Notes under the pieces: generated by a model
Databases searched by the model: none
Seen by the model: only the letters and a program-made list of their open reading frames with translations
What the model was told of the DNA's origin: nothing
From: Octopus sinensis
Lineage: Eukaryota
Reading direction: 5' to 3'
DNA length: 34,924 bases
Assembly: GCF_006345805.1 (NCBI RefSeq)
Contig: NW_021829904.1
Location: 1 to 34,924, forward strand
Shown here: piece by piece, positions 10,990 through 22,805 of the stretch
Layout of the letters: each line of letters starts with the position of its first letter
How positions within the stretch are numbered: position 1 is the stretch's first letter
Position numbers and translations under genes: made by a program

Positions 10990-11408
10990 TCTTTTACTCT
11001 TTTACTCTTTTACTTGTTTCAGTCATTTGACTGCGGCCATGCTGGAGCACCGCCTTTAGTCGAGCAAATTGACCCCGGGTCTTATTCTCTGTAAGCCCAG
11101 TACTTATTCGATCGGTCTCTTTTGCCGAACCGCTAAGTGACGGGGACATAAACACACCAGCATCGATGTGACAACCAATGCTAGGGGGACAAACACAGAC
11201 ACACAAACACATACACACATATATACATATACATACATATATACGACAGGCTTCTTTAAGTTTCCGTCTACCAAATCCACTCACAAGGCATTGGTCGGCC
11301 CGGAGCTATAGCAGAAGACACTTGCCCAAGATGCCATGCAGTGGGACTGAATCCGGAACCGTGTGGTTGGTTAGCAAGCTACTTACCACACAGCCACTCC
11401 TGCGCCTA
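10990..11408 (-). mobile_element. CORE-type tRNA SINE (family A), full length, young
   Basis: Head GGCGCAGGAGTGGCTGTGTGGTAAG, tail (AGTAAAAG)n; flanked by the direct repeat ATATACACTTCAAAT (probable TSD). Confidence 0.92.
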
Positions 11409-11494
11409 TATATATATACACTTCAAATTCAGCCTCTTATCCACGGGTATGATATTTTTGTTCTTCACGTAATAAAAAACAAAATAGAACTTAC

Positions 11495-11571
11495 TGTGTC
11501 GATCTCTGAGACTTTCACAACGAAAATCTTGCTCAGCAAAGAAACTAATTTTGGACAAGCGCAGTTCGAAG
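11495..11571 (-). CDS. Candidate exon (FELRLSKISFFAEQDFRCESLRDRH); alternative in-frame acceptor at 11544
   Basis: Donor A|gtaagt; acceptor cgatag|; phase 2 to 1; open frame in unique sequence. Confidence 0.6.
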
Positions 11572-12369
11572 CTATCGTTTTAAGTTTCGTACGGTTGGTA
11601 AAAGTGTTATTAAATTTTCTCGATGTTTCTAAGCTAAAGCTTTTATGTATGTTTATTGTTACAGACTAAATTAAAAATAAAAGACGTTCGAATTAGTTTG
11701 TATAAACTGTGACTTATGGTTTCGTAAAACTCTCATGAATAAAAATCATGTTCATTATGTTTTTAGTTTCGTATTTACATCACATATAATGACTGAATAT
11801 ATTTTCACCCACACTTATTGCAGCTAAAAACCAGTTAGATATGTTATTTATTCATTTTAATACAAAACAATTCATTTAGAATAATTTTATACAAAGTTTG
11901 ATACAAAATAATTTGTTTTTATGCTAATAATTTCAAAAAGTAATTATTTAACTTCTGAATAATGCATTTTAATCTAATTTAAATATTTTTGATTGAATTT
12001 ATTTTCAAAACAACCGAGTTTGTTTATTCGTATCACCAAAAATGTACGATAACGGATGTAAAATGCTAACGAGTCTTCCGATTTCGTTTCACAACATTTT
12101 CCACACAGAGGTTAACGTCCCGTCCTATACACCTCAGGATGCGAAACTAGTAAATTGCGAGGATCGATTAAAGGTTGTTCACCACTTTTCAATTAACAGA
12201 GAAACAGCTGAATTAGCCCTGTTTATATATATATATGGGTTTACATATATTATATGATATCTTGAGTTTGTGTCGACTGAGATCCTCATGGACAGGATCC
12301 TGATATTAAATAAAATATCAAATGTTTATAGAATAATTTTCTAATTCTTCAATTTTAATTCTTCAAAGT

Positions 12370-12765
12370 TTCAGGTTCAAAGCTGCGGTCATGCTGAGCT
12401 ACACCATTATTTGAAACCTCCTCTGATATATGGCATTTGGTCAATGAGCGAGTTTGATGCCGCTGCCCTCATCTGTGTTTCCTGCTGTGGACCCTTGAAG
12501 CCCAAGCTGCTTCAATATTAGGTCCTGAAGTTACGGTGACGCAAACACGTCAACACCGGTTGCCAAGCGGTAGTGGAGGGACAAACACAGATACGAAGAT
12601 GCACACACGCGTACGTGCACATATATAACGAATACACGAGTTTCTTTCTGTTTCCGTCTATCAAATCTACTCACAAGGCTTTGGTCGTCCCCAGGCTATA
12701 GTAGAAAACACTTGCCGAAGTTACCACGCGGTGGGACTGAACCCGGAACCATGTGGGTGGGAAGG
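12370..12765 (-). mobile_element. CORE-type SINE (family A), diverged
   Basis: Homology to 10990-11408 head and middle. Confidence 0.8.
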
Positions 12766-12812
12766 ATGTCTCTCTCTCTCTCTCTTAGAGCAGCTTCATG
12801 TTTTATACATAC

Positions 12813-12851
12813 ATAAAATTTTCTTCTGGTTCATGATGCACAAACATGCTG
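12813..12851 (-). CDS. Candidate exon (SMFVHHEPEENF)
   Basis: gttctag| acceptor, AT|gtatgt donor, phase 2-2; symmetric, so the frame does not require it. Confidence 0.4.
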
Positions 12852-12884
12852 CTAGAACACCATAAATGTAACTCCTTGCCATAC

Positions 12885-13090
12885 TTTTTGAATTATTTAC
12901 ATTTGACGGATATTTGTCCTCATCTTGTTTGTTTTTACACAACGTTTCGGCTGGTATACAAAGGTATATCAGCCGAAACGTTGTGCTAACAACAAACAAG
13001 ATGAGGACGAACAAACAAGACGAGGACAAATATCCATCAGATGTAAATAATATGCATAATTCCTCATTTCTTAAAAATAGAACTGTATTA
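12885..13090. mobile_element. Penelope-like inverted pLTR remnant with 12-bp TSD TCCTTGCCATAC
   Basis: Inverted arms 12892-12958 / 12964-13051 carry the CAGCC-GAAAC half of a hammerhead; direct repeats at 12873-12884 and 13091-13102. Confidence 0.65.
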
Positions 13091-13102
13091 TCCTTGCCAT
13101 AC

Positions 13103-13138
13103 CTCCGGAAAGAGTCAGAAATGCCTGTCACAAAATTT
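13103..13138 (-). CDS. Candidate exon (NFVTGISDSFR); alternative phase-0 acceptor at 13155
   Basis: Good donor GAG|gtatgg (phase 2); weak acceptors. Confidence 0.4.
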
Positions 13139-13269
13139 CTACGACTTCCCTGATTCTAATACTATAGATTACGGTGTGTGTGTGTGTGAGTGTGTGTTTG
13201 TTTGTTTGTTTGTGTGTTTGTGTGTTTGTGCGTTTGTTTGTGTGTTTGTTTGTTTGTTTGTGTTTGTTG

Positions 13270-13645
13270 TGAAAGACACCAACCGCTCTTCCTGCAACGC
13301 TAACACCGAAGTGGTGGCCCAAATCAAAGTCTTCGAAGATCTTCCCAGGCAGGCGCTAGATGTTGGTGACTGTTGTTGTTTGCTCCTTCTGAAGCCATGG
13401 CGTATAGGTTCCCTGCCTGGGCGGGATGCCGGTCCGTCGCAGGTGAGCTGCTGGATGCAGGTGGAAAGAGTGAAAGAAAGTTGTGATGAAAGAGTCAGTA
13501 GAAGTTCGCCATTACCTTCTGCCGGAGCCACTTGGATCACATGTGTTTCACTCATAAACACACACATCACCTGGTCTGAGATTCGAACACACGATCCCTC
13601 GACTTTGAGTCCGCTGCTTTAACCACTAGGCCACGTACATTCACC
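13270..13645 (-). mobile_element. tRNA-derived SINE
   Basis: Reverse-complement head TGGCCTAGTGGTT..GTTCGAATC at 13575-13635. Confidence 0.7.
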
Positions 13646-13647
13646 GA

Positions 13648-13749
13648 GGGTGACTACTTTGAGTAAATTTAAAAGATTTAAAATTCAGGATGGGATATTG
13701 TATTTTCTTTTCCTTTAATGAAAACTAATTTTGCCCGAACACCCTGTAC
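13648..13749 (+). mobile_element. Tc1/mariner-type 3' end fragment
   Basis: GDYFE* terminal motif followed by TIR-like end CACCCTG-TA. Confidence 0.45.
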
Positions 13750-13917
13750 ATAGCACTCATAAACACAAGCGCATATATACACATATATACACGTAAAAGC
13801 ATATACACACACAAAAATGCATATATAAAAGTATATATACATATACGCATATATACACATACATACAAATAAAAGCCGACATGCATGCATGTATATTTTC
13901 AGACATCCACACACAAT

Positions 13918-13957
<40 letters not shown>

Positions 13958-14320
13958 AACGTTAATACAGGCATGCGAACAGAAACACATGCACTCACAT
14001 GCTAACACGTGCACGCACACTCATACAAACATGCTTGCCGGCACATACATACACACACGCATACACACACATACACACATACAAACACACAAATACACAT
14101 ACACACACACACGCATTTACGCGCGCGTGCACATGCACACGCGCACTCACATGCTAATACGCGAGCGTATACACACACACGTGCGCACACGCGTTTCTGC
14201 ATCTCTGCTTAGTTGAACAGAAAACAATATTCAAAAAAGAAAAAAATGAAAAAGTAGAAAAAATATGTCATGCGTCTACACGCATGTGTGCGTATGCATA
14301 AATATATATACGCATACAAA

Positions 14321-14630
14321 GGCGGCGAGCTGGCAGAAACGTTAGCGCGCCGGGCGAAATGCTTAGCGGTATTTCGTCTGTCGTTAAGTTCTGAATTCAA
14401 ATTCCGCCAAGGTCGACTTTGCTTTTCATCCTTTCGGGGTCGATAAATAAAGTACCAGTTACGCACTGGGTCGATGTACCACCCTGTACATAACTCCATG
14501 TCCCCCTACATGGCCTTGTTTTTGCTTTTTGAGCCAAAAAATTAACTAACTAACTAACTAAATCGAATTAATCCCTTTGTCTGTCCTTGTTTGTCCCCTC
14601 TATGTTTAGCCCCTTGTGAGCAGTGAAGAA
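14321..14630 (+). mobile_element. Meta-domain-like tRNA SINE (family B), interrupted
   Basis: Head GGCGGCGAGCTGGCAGAAACG, B box GTTCAAATTCC-like, central CTTTCATCCTTTCGGGGTCGATAAA. Confidence 0.85.
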
Positions 14631-15269
14631 ATATATATATATACGCATACAAACATATATGTATATACATGCATATATATTTAACGCGTGTACGTAAGAA
14701 CGCACACACATACGTCTGTGCGCGTAATCAACAAAATATGTCTGTATACAAATACACACACACACACACATATATGCGTTTATGTATGTGTATACACATG
14801 CATATACACATACTACATGCGTGTGCACTTGCGTGTGTATGTGTATGGGCGTTTGTGAGTGAGTGCATAAAAGCAAATGGAAAGAAAGAAAGAAAATATG
14901 AATAACAGAGAAAGACGGAAGAAAGACAAAAGGGAACGTGAGAAACAGCATAGGATAGAGAGAAGAAATGAATTGATACAGAGCGGACGAATATACAGGA
15001 ATAGTGGTGATGGTGGTGATGGAGGGATATGAAATGGCTTTGTCGGATGTGGAGAGAAGGCACAAGGTAGAAGAAATATGTGTGTGTATGTACATATAGA
15101 TATATGTATGTCTGTGTATATACATATAGATATAAATACCTACATACATATACATACATATATATACATACATATACATACATACATACATAAATACATA
15201 CATACATACATACATACATACATACATACATACATACATACATACATACTTACGTACATACATATATAT

Positions 15270-15475
15270 ATATACATAGAGAGAGAGAAAGTTAAAACAA
15301 ACATGAAAACACAAAGAGAAAACATAACAACGCGAGGACGTGGAGCAAAGAAGTAAAGAAGGAGGGTTTAACGTTTCGAGCGGAGCTCTTCGTCAGAAAC
15401 ATAGGAAGAGGAAAGATCCAAAGAAGGAAAGATGGAGGAAAATAACGCCAACGGTACACACGCGGTCACATTTTT
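15270..15475 (-). mobile_element. Penelope-like pLTR remnant with hammerhead variant at 15366-15400
   Basis: GUUU-CUGACGA-A-GAGC[ucc]GCUC-GAAACGUU^AAAC. Confidence 0.65.
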
Positions 15476-15521
15476 ATATATATATATATTATATATATAT
15501 ATATATATTATATATATATAT

Positions 15522-15564
<43 letters not shown>

Positions 15565-15589
15565 GACACACACGTATATATATATATAT

Positions 15590-15795
15590 ACGACGGGATT
15601 TTTCAGTTTCCGTCTACCGAATACATTCACTCGGCTTTGGTCGGTCCGAGATTACAGTAAAAGAGGCTTGCCCAAGGTGCCACGCTGTGAGACTGAACGC
15701 AGAACCATGTGGTTGGGAGTAAGCTTCTTACTACACGGCCACTTGTTTCGGTCTGAACTGCGGCCTTGAAGAACTAGTCGTACGAATCGGCTGCA
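15590..15795 (-). mobile_element. SINE family A 5' part; local duplicate of 16348-16548
   Basis: Shared diagnostic substitutions (GAGACTGAACGC, ATTACAGTA) and shared flank. Confidence 0.8.
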
Positions 15796-15884
<89 letters not shown>

Positions 15885-15885
<1 letters not shown>

Positions 15886-16070
15886 GGCCAGATTGGAGCA
15901 AACTGAAGATTAATCAGCCGAAATTGCGAGAATGATCCGGTTCTTGACTGAGGATAAAAAGCTTCGAGTGACCCGTCCTTTTCTTTGTATCGTCTATCTG
16001 AATGTTTTGTTGTCCCTTTTTGTATCACCTACTCGTCTGGATGTTTTGCATTCTTGTCCTATTTCGTATT
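15885..16070 (+). mobile_element. Penelope-like pLTR remnant with truncated hammerhead
   Basis: CTGAAGA..ATCAGCCGAAA followed by a T-rich tail; embedded in TA tracts. Confidence 0.4.
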
Positions 16071-16084
16071 ATATATAATATATA

Positions 16085-16170
<86 letters not shown>

Positions 16171-16171
16171 C

Positions 16172-16204
<33 letters not shown>

Positions 16205-16258
16205 ATATATATATTATATGTATATATATATATGCACACACACACACACACACACATA

Positions 16259-16620
16259 TGATTGATTGATTCTAGTTTCAGCTCATGAGCTGTGGCCATG
16301 CTGGGGCACCGCCATATATATATATATATATACATATATATGCACATACGACGGGCTTCTTTCAGTTTCCGTCTACCGAATACACGCACAAGTCTTAGGT
16401 CGGTCCGACATTACAGTAGAAGACACTTGCCCAAGGTGCCACGCAGTGAGACTGAACGCGGAAGCATGTGGTTGGGAAGTAAGCTTCTTACCACACGGCC
16501 ACTTGTTCCGGTCTTGAAGAATTAGTTGTGCGAATGGCTCCAGTATATGCTTTAAGCCATGGTATTCATTCCAGCGGCCTCTTCTGTTGAATCGGTAAGT
16601 TACGGGGACGCAAACACAAG
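16259..16620 (-). mobile_element. SINE family A short variant plus adjacent fragment
   Basis: Head, TA tract and tail GGCGGTGCCCCAGCATGGCCACAGCTCATGAGCTGAAACTAGAATCAATCAAT. Confidence 0.8.
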
Positions 16621-17369
16621 TAAGATAACTAAATATACATACATACAAACATACATACATACATACATACATACATACATACATACATACATACATACAC
16701 GCACACTCAGAGGCACACATAAATACCCGCACATACACACATAATCACGCACACTCACACACAGGCGCACAAACAGACAGACGCCCATACACACATCCGT
16801 ATGTACGTAGGAGAGAAAGACGTGTAGGCAGAAGCGGGAGAAAGTATGCATTAAGGAAAGAGAGAGAGAGAGAGAGAGAGAGGTGAGAGATAAAGAAGGA
16901 GTGAGATAGAGAGGAAGGGAGATAAGAAAAAGTGTGAGAGAAAGGTGGGCGGTGAGTAAAACAGTCGTGTTTTTTTTTTACCGTGTCTAATGAAAACGAA
17001 ACCAAACGAGCGCACGCACAAACACGCACAGAAAGAAAAGCAGGTTAAAATTGCCTGACGAGCAACTGCTGAAAAAGCTTGAGACGACATGGAAAAATAT
17101 TTGTTAAGAATACGCATAAATATCCAAAGAATTATCCTGATTCAGTGTAGGAAGAATGATAAATAAACTTTGAAAGATCTTTAGAAAAGTCGTATGCATT
17201 GGCTCTGATGATTGATGGAAAACCATGTAAAAGCTATATAGATATTCTATCAAGATCAAATGTGACAGTAAAAAAGGAATTTAATAGATCTAAGGTAGAA
17301 ATATGAATGCGTGTCACAATGAAACACGTGTCTATGTTTCATTGCTGTTTATGTGTGTGCGGATGTCGC

Positions 17370-17640
17370 AGGGATTAAGGTGTTGCGCTCACGATCGCGA
17401 GATCGTGGGTTCAAATCCTGAATTTGGTAATTCATGGTGTTCTTGAGCAAAATACTTTATTTCATGTTGAGCCGCAGTTATTTCGATATCTGGCGTGTAG
17501 TACACTGCGCGCCTGTACGTACAGGTAATGTTAGTTTGATGGAAGCACTGAGGCAATGTGTATCATAGACATTCACTCACTATAAACAAATCTTCTGTAC
17601 AGGTTGTTCAGCAATAAATCGCAAAATCATATTTCTCAGA
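17370..17640 (+). mobile_element. Diverged tRNA SINE (family C)
   Basis: B box GGTTCAAATCC, TCTTGAGCAAAA; body similar to 33075-33245. Confidence 0.65.
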
Positions 17641-17933
17641 CTCAAGAGACTACCGCACGAACACATACGCATGCACACGCAGATACAATGTACTCACAGA
17701 AACACATACACACACACACACAAACTCGCATGTACACACGCATGCACACACATCCACACGCACACGCCGGAACACACAAACATGCACAAGTACATACACA
17801 TGCATGCACAAGCACACTCACACACACAAACACACATACACATGCACCCACATACACACGCACGCACACACACACACAGACGTGCACAAACGCATGCATA
17901 CACACATAAGTAAACACATACACATGCACTCGC

Positions 17934-18000
17934 CTTTCAGACGATTTTAACATGTCACGTGTGAAGGCGGTGTCTTGGAGATATCTTTGGACATTTCCTT
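17934..18000 (-). CDS. Candidate exon (GNVQRYLQDTAFTRDMLKSSE) with GC donor
   Basis: cttctatcag| acceptor, AG|gcgagt donor; phase 1 to 2 fits downstream exons; upstream partner unresolved. Confidence 0.4.
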
Positions 18001-18418
18001 CTGATAGAAGTTATTTCTTTCATTCTGATAAGGCAAAATCGTTACTTTCTCTCTTATCGGCGAGGTTTAGAGGTATCATTATCGCTTTTGTTGACTAGAT
18101 ATTAAGTAGCTATCTCCTGTTCCTCGATAGCAGAGACTAGCCTTCGAGGTGAGATGTGTTGTGTGTGTGTGTGTGTGCGCGTGTATATATATAGATATAT
18201 ATATATATGTATATATCGCAGATTCAAGAGAGACTGCGATTCGTGTCAGTTTGCTGACATTTTCTAGCTTGCGGTATATATACCCATGCAAAATTTCAAC
18301 GAATGCATCTATGTGTAAATGTATAAGCATGTAAGTATGCGCGTGTATATACATACATACATACATATATATATAAATACATATATATATATATATATAT
18401 ATAATATATATATATATA

Positions 18419-18459
<41 letters not shown>

Positions 18460-18484
18460 GTATATATATGTATATATATATATA

Positions 18485-19368
18485 TCTTTATATATATAAA
18501 ACTGAGAATGTGTGTGTGTGTGTGTGTATCTGTCTGTCTGTGTGTTTCCCTAAAACTTGAGAACTACACAACTAATTTCATTCAAATTTTACACATGTCT
18601 AACTTAGGGTCCGGAGAGTGTCAACGGCAAAAAAAAATTAACTTTTTGCCTAGGGAAAGCTCAGTGCAATATCATATCTTCTCCACTACGATTCCCTAAA
18701 ACTTGAGAACTACACAACTAATTTCATTCAAATTTTACTCATGCCTTACTTAGGGTCCATGTAGTTTCATGGACAAAAAAAAAATGTTCAACTTCTTGCC
18801 TAGAGCGAGCCCATAGCAATATCATATCTTCTCCACTATTTCAGTATTATGTGTTAAAAGTGAAACAAAAATATTTCTCTATTTTATGTCAGATGCTTTC
18901 ACTTTAACAATAAAAATAATAACAATTGAATTATATGTAGTTAGTAATAATTAAAATCAAACTAAAGTATAAAATAATCGTAACATACAAAAGTAAACAT
19001 AGCAATTGGTATAAAATTGCACCAATGATTTGAACTTGAATAAGTGGTTTCACATGAATGGGAATAAATTAAAAATATAATTAGCGTGCAGAAATGGAAT
19101 AGTCCAGATGGATAATAAAAAATTAAATTAAAGAAAAGACTATTGTCTATAAAGTATACAATGTAGAGAAAAAAGAAGAGCTAACAATTCCAGTCTGTTA
19201 TATATTTTGAGTATTGTTATCACTAGCGATATCAAGGTATAACTTTGTATTTTGCATTTTATATGTAGATGTATATATATAGATGTACATGTAATATGTA
19301 TACATATATATACACATATATACATGCACTAGCACTATGACCCGGCAACGACGGGTCTTTAATGCTAG
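18485..19368 (+). mobile_element. Non-autonomous Helitron with internal ~146-bp tandem duplication
   Basis: A|TC 5' end, 3' hairpin ACCCG..CGGGT and CTAG|T, no TSD; duplicated block at 18548 and 18694. Confidence 0.8.
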
Positions 19369-19394
19369 TATATATATATATATACTACTTTATA

Positions 19395-19600
19395 TCAGTC
19401 GCCATGATAGATCGTTAACCACTACACACATTTTTTTCTCTCCTTGTTTCTCTCCTTGTTTTTTCTGTGTCCCTTTCTGTAGAAGAGCGTAGGCTCGAAA
19501 CGTAAAATACTTTTTCTATTCCTGAGCGTTATGCTAATACATCTGTTTGTTTTGTACACCACCTGCCTTCGTCTTTTGCTTTTTTTCGTAAATATGGTTG
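19395..19600 (+). mobile_element. Penelope-like pLTR remnant with variant hammerhead at 19474-19507
   Basis: UUU-CUGUAGA-A-GAGC[guag]GCUC-GAAACGUA^AAA. Confidence 0.55.
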
Positions 19601-19629
19601 TAGGGAGGTGTATATATATACATGTAAAT

Positions 19630-20002
19630 GGTGATCACCAGCACCACATTGCAACATTAACGGCGGTGCCGATGGTGGCAGATGCATTGATGATGTGGGT
19701 AATTGGTATGTTGACAAAACAGCTACGGTGACCTTGAAGATGATGGCGGCAGCAAAGATTGCGATGTTTCTGGTTTTGGTTGTGGTGGTGGCGATGATGA
19801 TGATGTGATGGCGTTGCTGTTGTGCGTGGGATTAATGATGATGATGGTAATGAAGATGCCGAAGGATGATGATGTGATGGTGGTAGTGGTGGGGCTGCTG
19901 GCATTGGTGGTACTGGTGCTCTAGCTATTGATAATTACGGTGATGACGAACATGATGATGACAACGGCGGCGACGACGACGACAACAACAACAACAACAA
20001 CG
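19630..20002. repeat. Cryptic trinucleotide repeats (GAT/GGT/GAC/AAC)n
   Basis: Seen directly. Confidence 0.8.
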
Positions 20003-20187
20003 CCGTTTTGTTTGGGAATGTAGCATTTATTACGCAAGAAAAAACCCAACATTTGCACACGTGTATATATATATGTGCACACATTACACATACATACACA
20101 CTAAACACCACATGCACACACCGAGCATATACAACAGACTAACACTCTGTTAGCAACCACAACCACAACAAAAACAAAAACACTTAC

Positions 20188-20294
20188 TGATAGTTCTTTT
20201 AAATTTGGCATCCAGTCACACATTTGTTGGTTGGGTTGGGGATGCGCAGCGTTTGAAATGATAGAATCGTTTGATCTCTTTTCTTCTAGCTCGC
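20188..20294 (-). CDS. Candidate exon (ELEEKRSNDSIISNAAHPQPNQQMCDWMPNLKELS)
   Basis: Strong donor A|gtaagt, one long open frame; acceptor uncertain (20294 or 20318). Confidence 0.4.
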
Positions 20295-20383
20295 CTGTTA
20301 CAACCACTCCTAGCATCTCTATAAACTCGAATGTTATTTTTTAAAATATCACTTATCCAAACATTGTTGGTTGGATTCGTCAC

Positions 20384-20461
20384 GGTCAAAATAATCTCTC
20401 GCTTGCTTATATCTGTTTAAAATTTTATCTGAAGATGGTGGACTGTATGGTATGATGTAAT
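20384..20461 (-). CDS. Candidate exon (YIIPYSPPSSDKILNRYKQARDYFD)
   Basis: Good acceptor gcttccttag|, weak donor C|gtgacg; shares ILNRY with the 3465 microexon; phase-compatible with 20294. Confidence 0.3.
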
Positions 20462-20749
20462 CTAAGGAAGCATCAATAAAATTCTACCAGACCAACTGTC
20501 GTAAATTTTAAACAGCACTTGTGTTCTCTGATACACACACACACACACACGCACAAACACACACAGACACATACAGACACACACACATACATAATACACA
20601 CGCACACACTTTGAAAATAGAAGGGAGTGAAGGTTTGGATTAAAACAATTTATTTAGTGCTTCATCCGTTTTTGAGATTTATCATAAATGATTTCTTATG
20701 GAAAATTCATACCTTTTATATATATGGCGAGTTAGTTGGAAAAAAAAAA

Positions 20750-21421
20750 AGAAGTCACATCACGGGAAAATTTGACATTGTTTCAAGTAGATCCAGCTAG
20801 TTTCTTTGAACGTTTTTAAACCCAGGATTAGCGTTGGCTTGATCACTTTGAGCCCGAGACAAAGAGATAATCCATGCCGTGGAAAGACTACTCCTCAAAT
20901 GCCCCAAAGAAGGGCAAGGTAGTTTCATCAGCAAGGAAGGTAATCACCTCATTATTTGGGGATGCAAAAAACATTATGTTTATTGACTATCTTGAAAAAG
21001 ACCACACCATTAGTGGAGAGTACTGTGCCAACTTACTGATCCAGTTAATAAAGGCTGGGAAAACTGACAAAAGGGGTCTTATTTCATCTGGTCACTGCTC
21101 CAGCATGCACGTCCTTCGTTTCAATGGCTTTGACTTTAAACTGGTTCATCAACCTCGCTGTTCTGCTGATTTGGCCCTATCTGACTATCATCTGTTGCCC
21201 ACCATGAAAAGACACTTGGCTGGGAACCAGTATCGTAATGAAAATGACGTCATAACTGCTACTGATGACTTTTTTGACCACCGATGGGATCCAAACGCAG
21301 AAACGCCGACGGAAGAAGTGTGTGCACAGTAAAGGGGTCTACATGGAAAAATAAACCTCATTTGGACAGAATGCATGAGAGTGTCTTGGTCAACCTACGA
21401 ACCTTTATACCGACCCTAGTA
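20750..21421 (+). pseudogene. Degraded mariner transposase, 3' half with 3' TIR
   Basis: PETKR*SMPWK, FIDYLEKDHTISGEY, HQPRCSADLALSDYHL (YSPDLAPSD motif); TIR-like end GACCCTAG-TA. Confidence 0.85.
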
Positions 21422-21879
21422 TACCTATGCATATGACTATGAGTATGTATGTTTGTATTGTTATACTTGTGTGTATGTGTATGTGTCTGTGCCTGTCTGT
21501 GTGTGTCTGTGCCACTCTGTGTGTGATTGTATATGCGAGTGTGTATGCGTGTGTGTGTGAATTTATATGTCCAGGTGTCCTGTGTACATGTGTAAATGTG
21601 AATATACCCTTCTATATGTGTATGTTTCCGTCTGTGTATGTGTTTATCTCTTGCAACACCTTAACCAGTAGGCTAAGCGTCATTCTACACACACATACAT
21701 ATATATAGATACACACACACATATATATATATACATCCATCCATACATACATACATACATACATACATACATAAGTGTGTGTGTGTGTGTATGTATTATG
21801 TATGTATGCATGTGTGTGTGTGTGAAAATTTGATTGGGGATTGTTGGTGCTGCTACCCACGTATATATATGTATTAATA

Positions 21880-21893
21880 TATTTTTGTCTTTG

Positions 21894-21968
<75 letters not shown>

Positions 21969-22015
21969 TGTATATATGCATATATATATATATGTATATA
22001 TACATGTATGTGTGT

Positions 22016-22051
<36 letters not shown>

Positions 22052-22081
22052 CAACGTCAGTCATATACACACACACACACG

Positions 22082-22113
<32 letters not shown>

Positions 22114-22169
22114 ATACATATCTACATTTATATATTTACATATATATAATATATATAAATAAATAAATA

Positions 22170-22200
<31 letters not shown>

Positions 22201-22227
22201 TTATTTATATATATTTATATATATATA

Positions 22228-22280
<53 letters not shown>

Positions 22281-22366
22281 ATATATATATATATGTAAAT
22301 ATATAGGTGTAGATATGTATATATATATGTACGTGTGTGTGTGTATATATGACTGACGTTGCAAAT
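21880..22366. repeat. CT/CA/TA microsatellite with fold-back arms 22047-22090 / 22321-22366
   Basis: ATTTGCAACGTCAGTCATATA is present in inverted orientation on each side of the TA tract. Confidence 0.85.
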
Positions 22367-22545
22367 GTTTGCTTGTTACAATGATGCAATTATATGTGTG
22401 TACGTATGTCTATGCGTGTGTACACATTTATGGCTCTAGACATTTTGTGTATATGTAGCTCTGTATACACCCTTCAACGCATAAGTGTTTGTGTATACGT
22501 GTACATTTATATATGTTCTTTTGTATATGTGTATGTATCTCTTAC

Positions 22546-22644
22546 ATTGAAGAACAAAAAAAATCAATATCGAATATTATAACCAGTGTAAAATATTCTG
22601 GTCTGATTACATATGATAACATATCTAAATCTAATAATTCTAGC
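22546..22644 (-). CDS. Weak candidate exon (LELLDLDMLSYVIRPEYFTLVIIFDIDFFCSS)
   Basis: Phase-2 entry fits 23314; donor gtaaga; weak acceptor; earlier donors possible. Confidence 0.25.
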
Positions 22645-22746
22645 CTGATTATATGCGATAACACATGTTGCGGCGGTGTCCGTTGTATCAGAGGTAAATT
22701 CCCAACAAGGGAATACAGTGATACGATTTCATGTTATCCCAGTCCA

Positions 22747-22800
<54 letters not shown>

Positions 22801-22805
<5 letters not shown>

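Noticed and set aside
17051-17085. CTGACGA..GAAA hammerhead-like match
   Set aside because: Stem II mispairs, no NUH triplet and no stem I
18046-18104. Exon STKAIMIPLNLADKRE upstream of the 18000 exon
   Set aside because: Phases fit but it would need a 45-nt intron, probably too short; left unresolved
13678-18699. Numerous YI/CV/HT-rich ORFs, including the 248-aa ORF at 14568-15314
   Set aside because: Dinucleotide and tetranucleotide microsatellite translations
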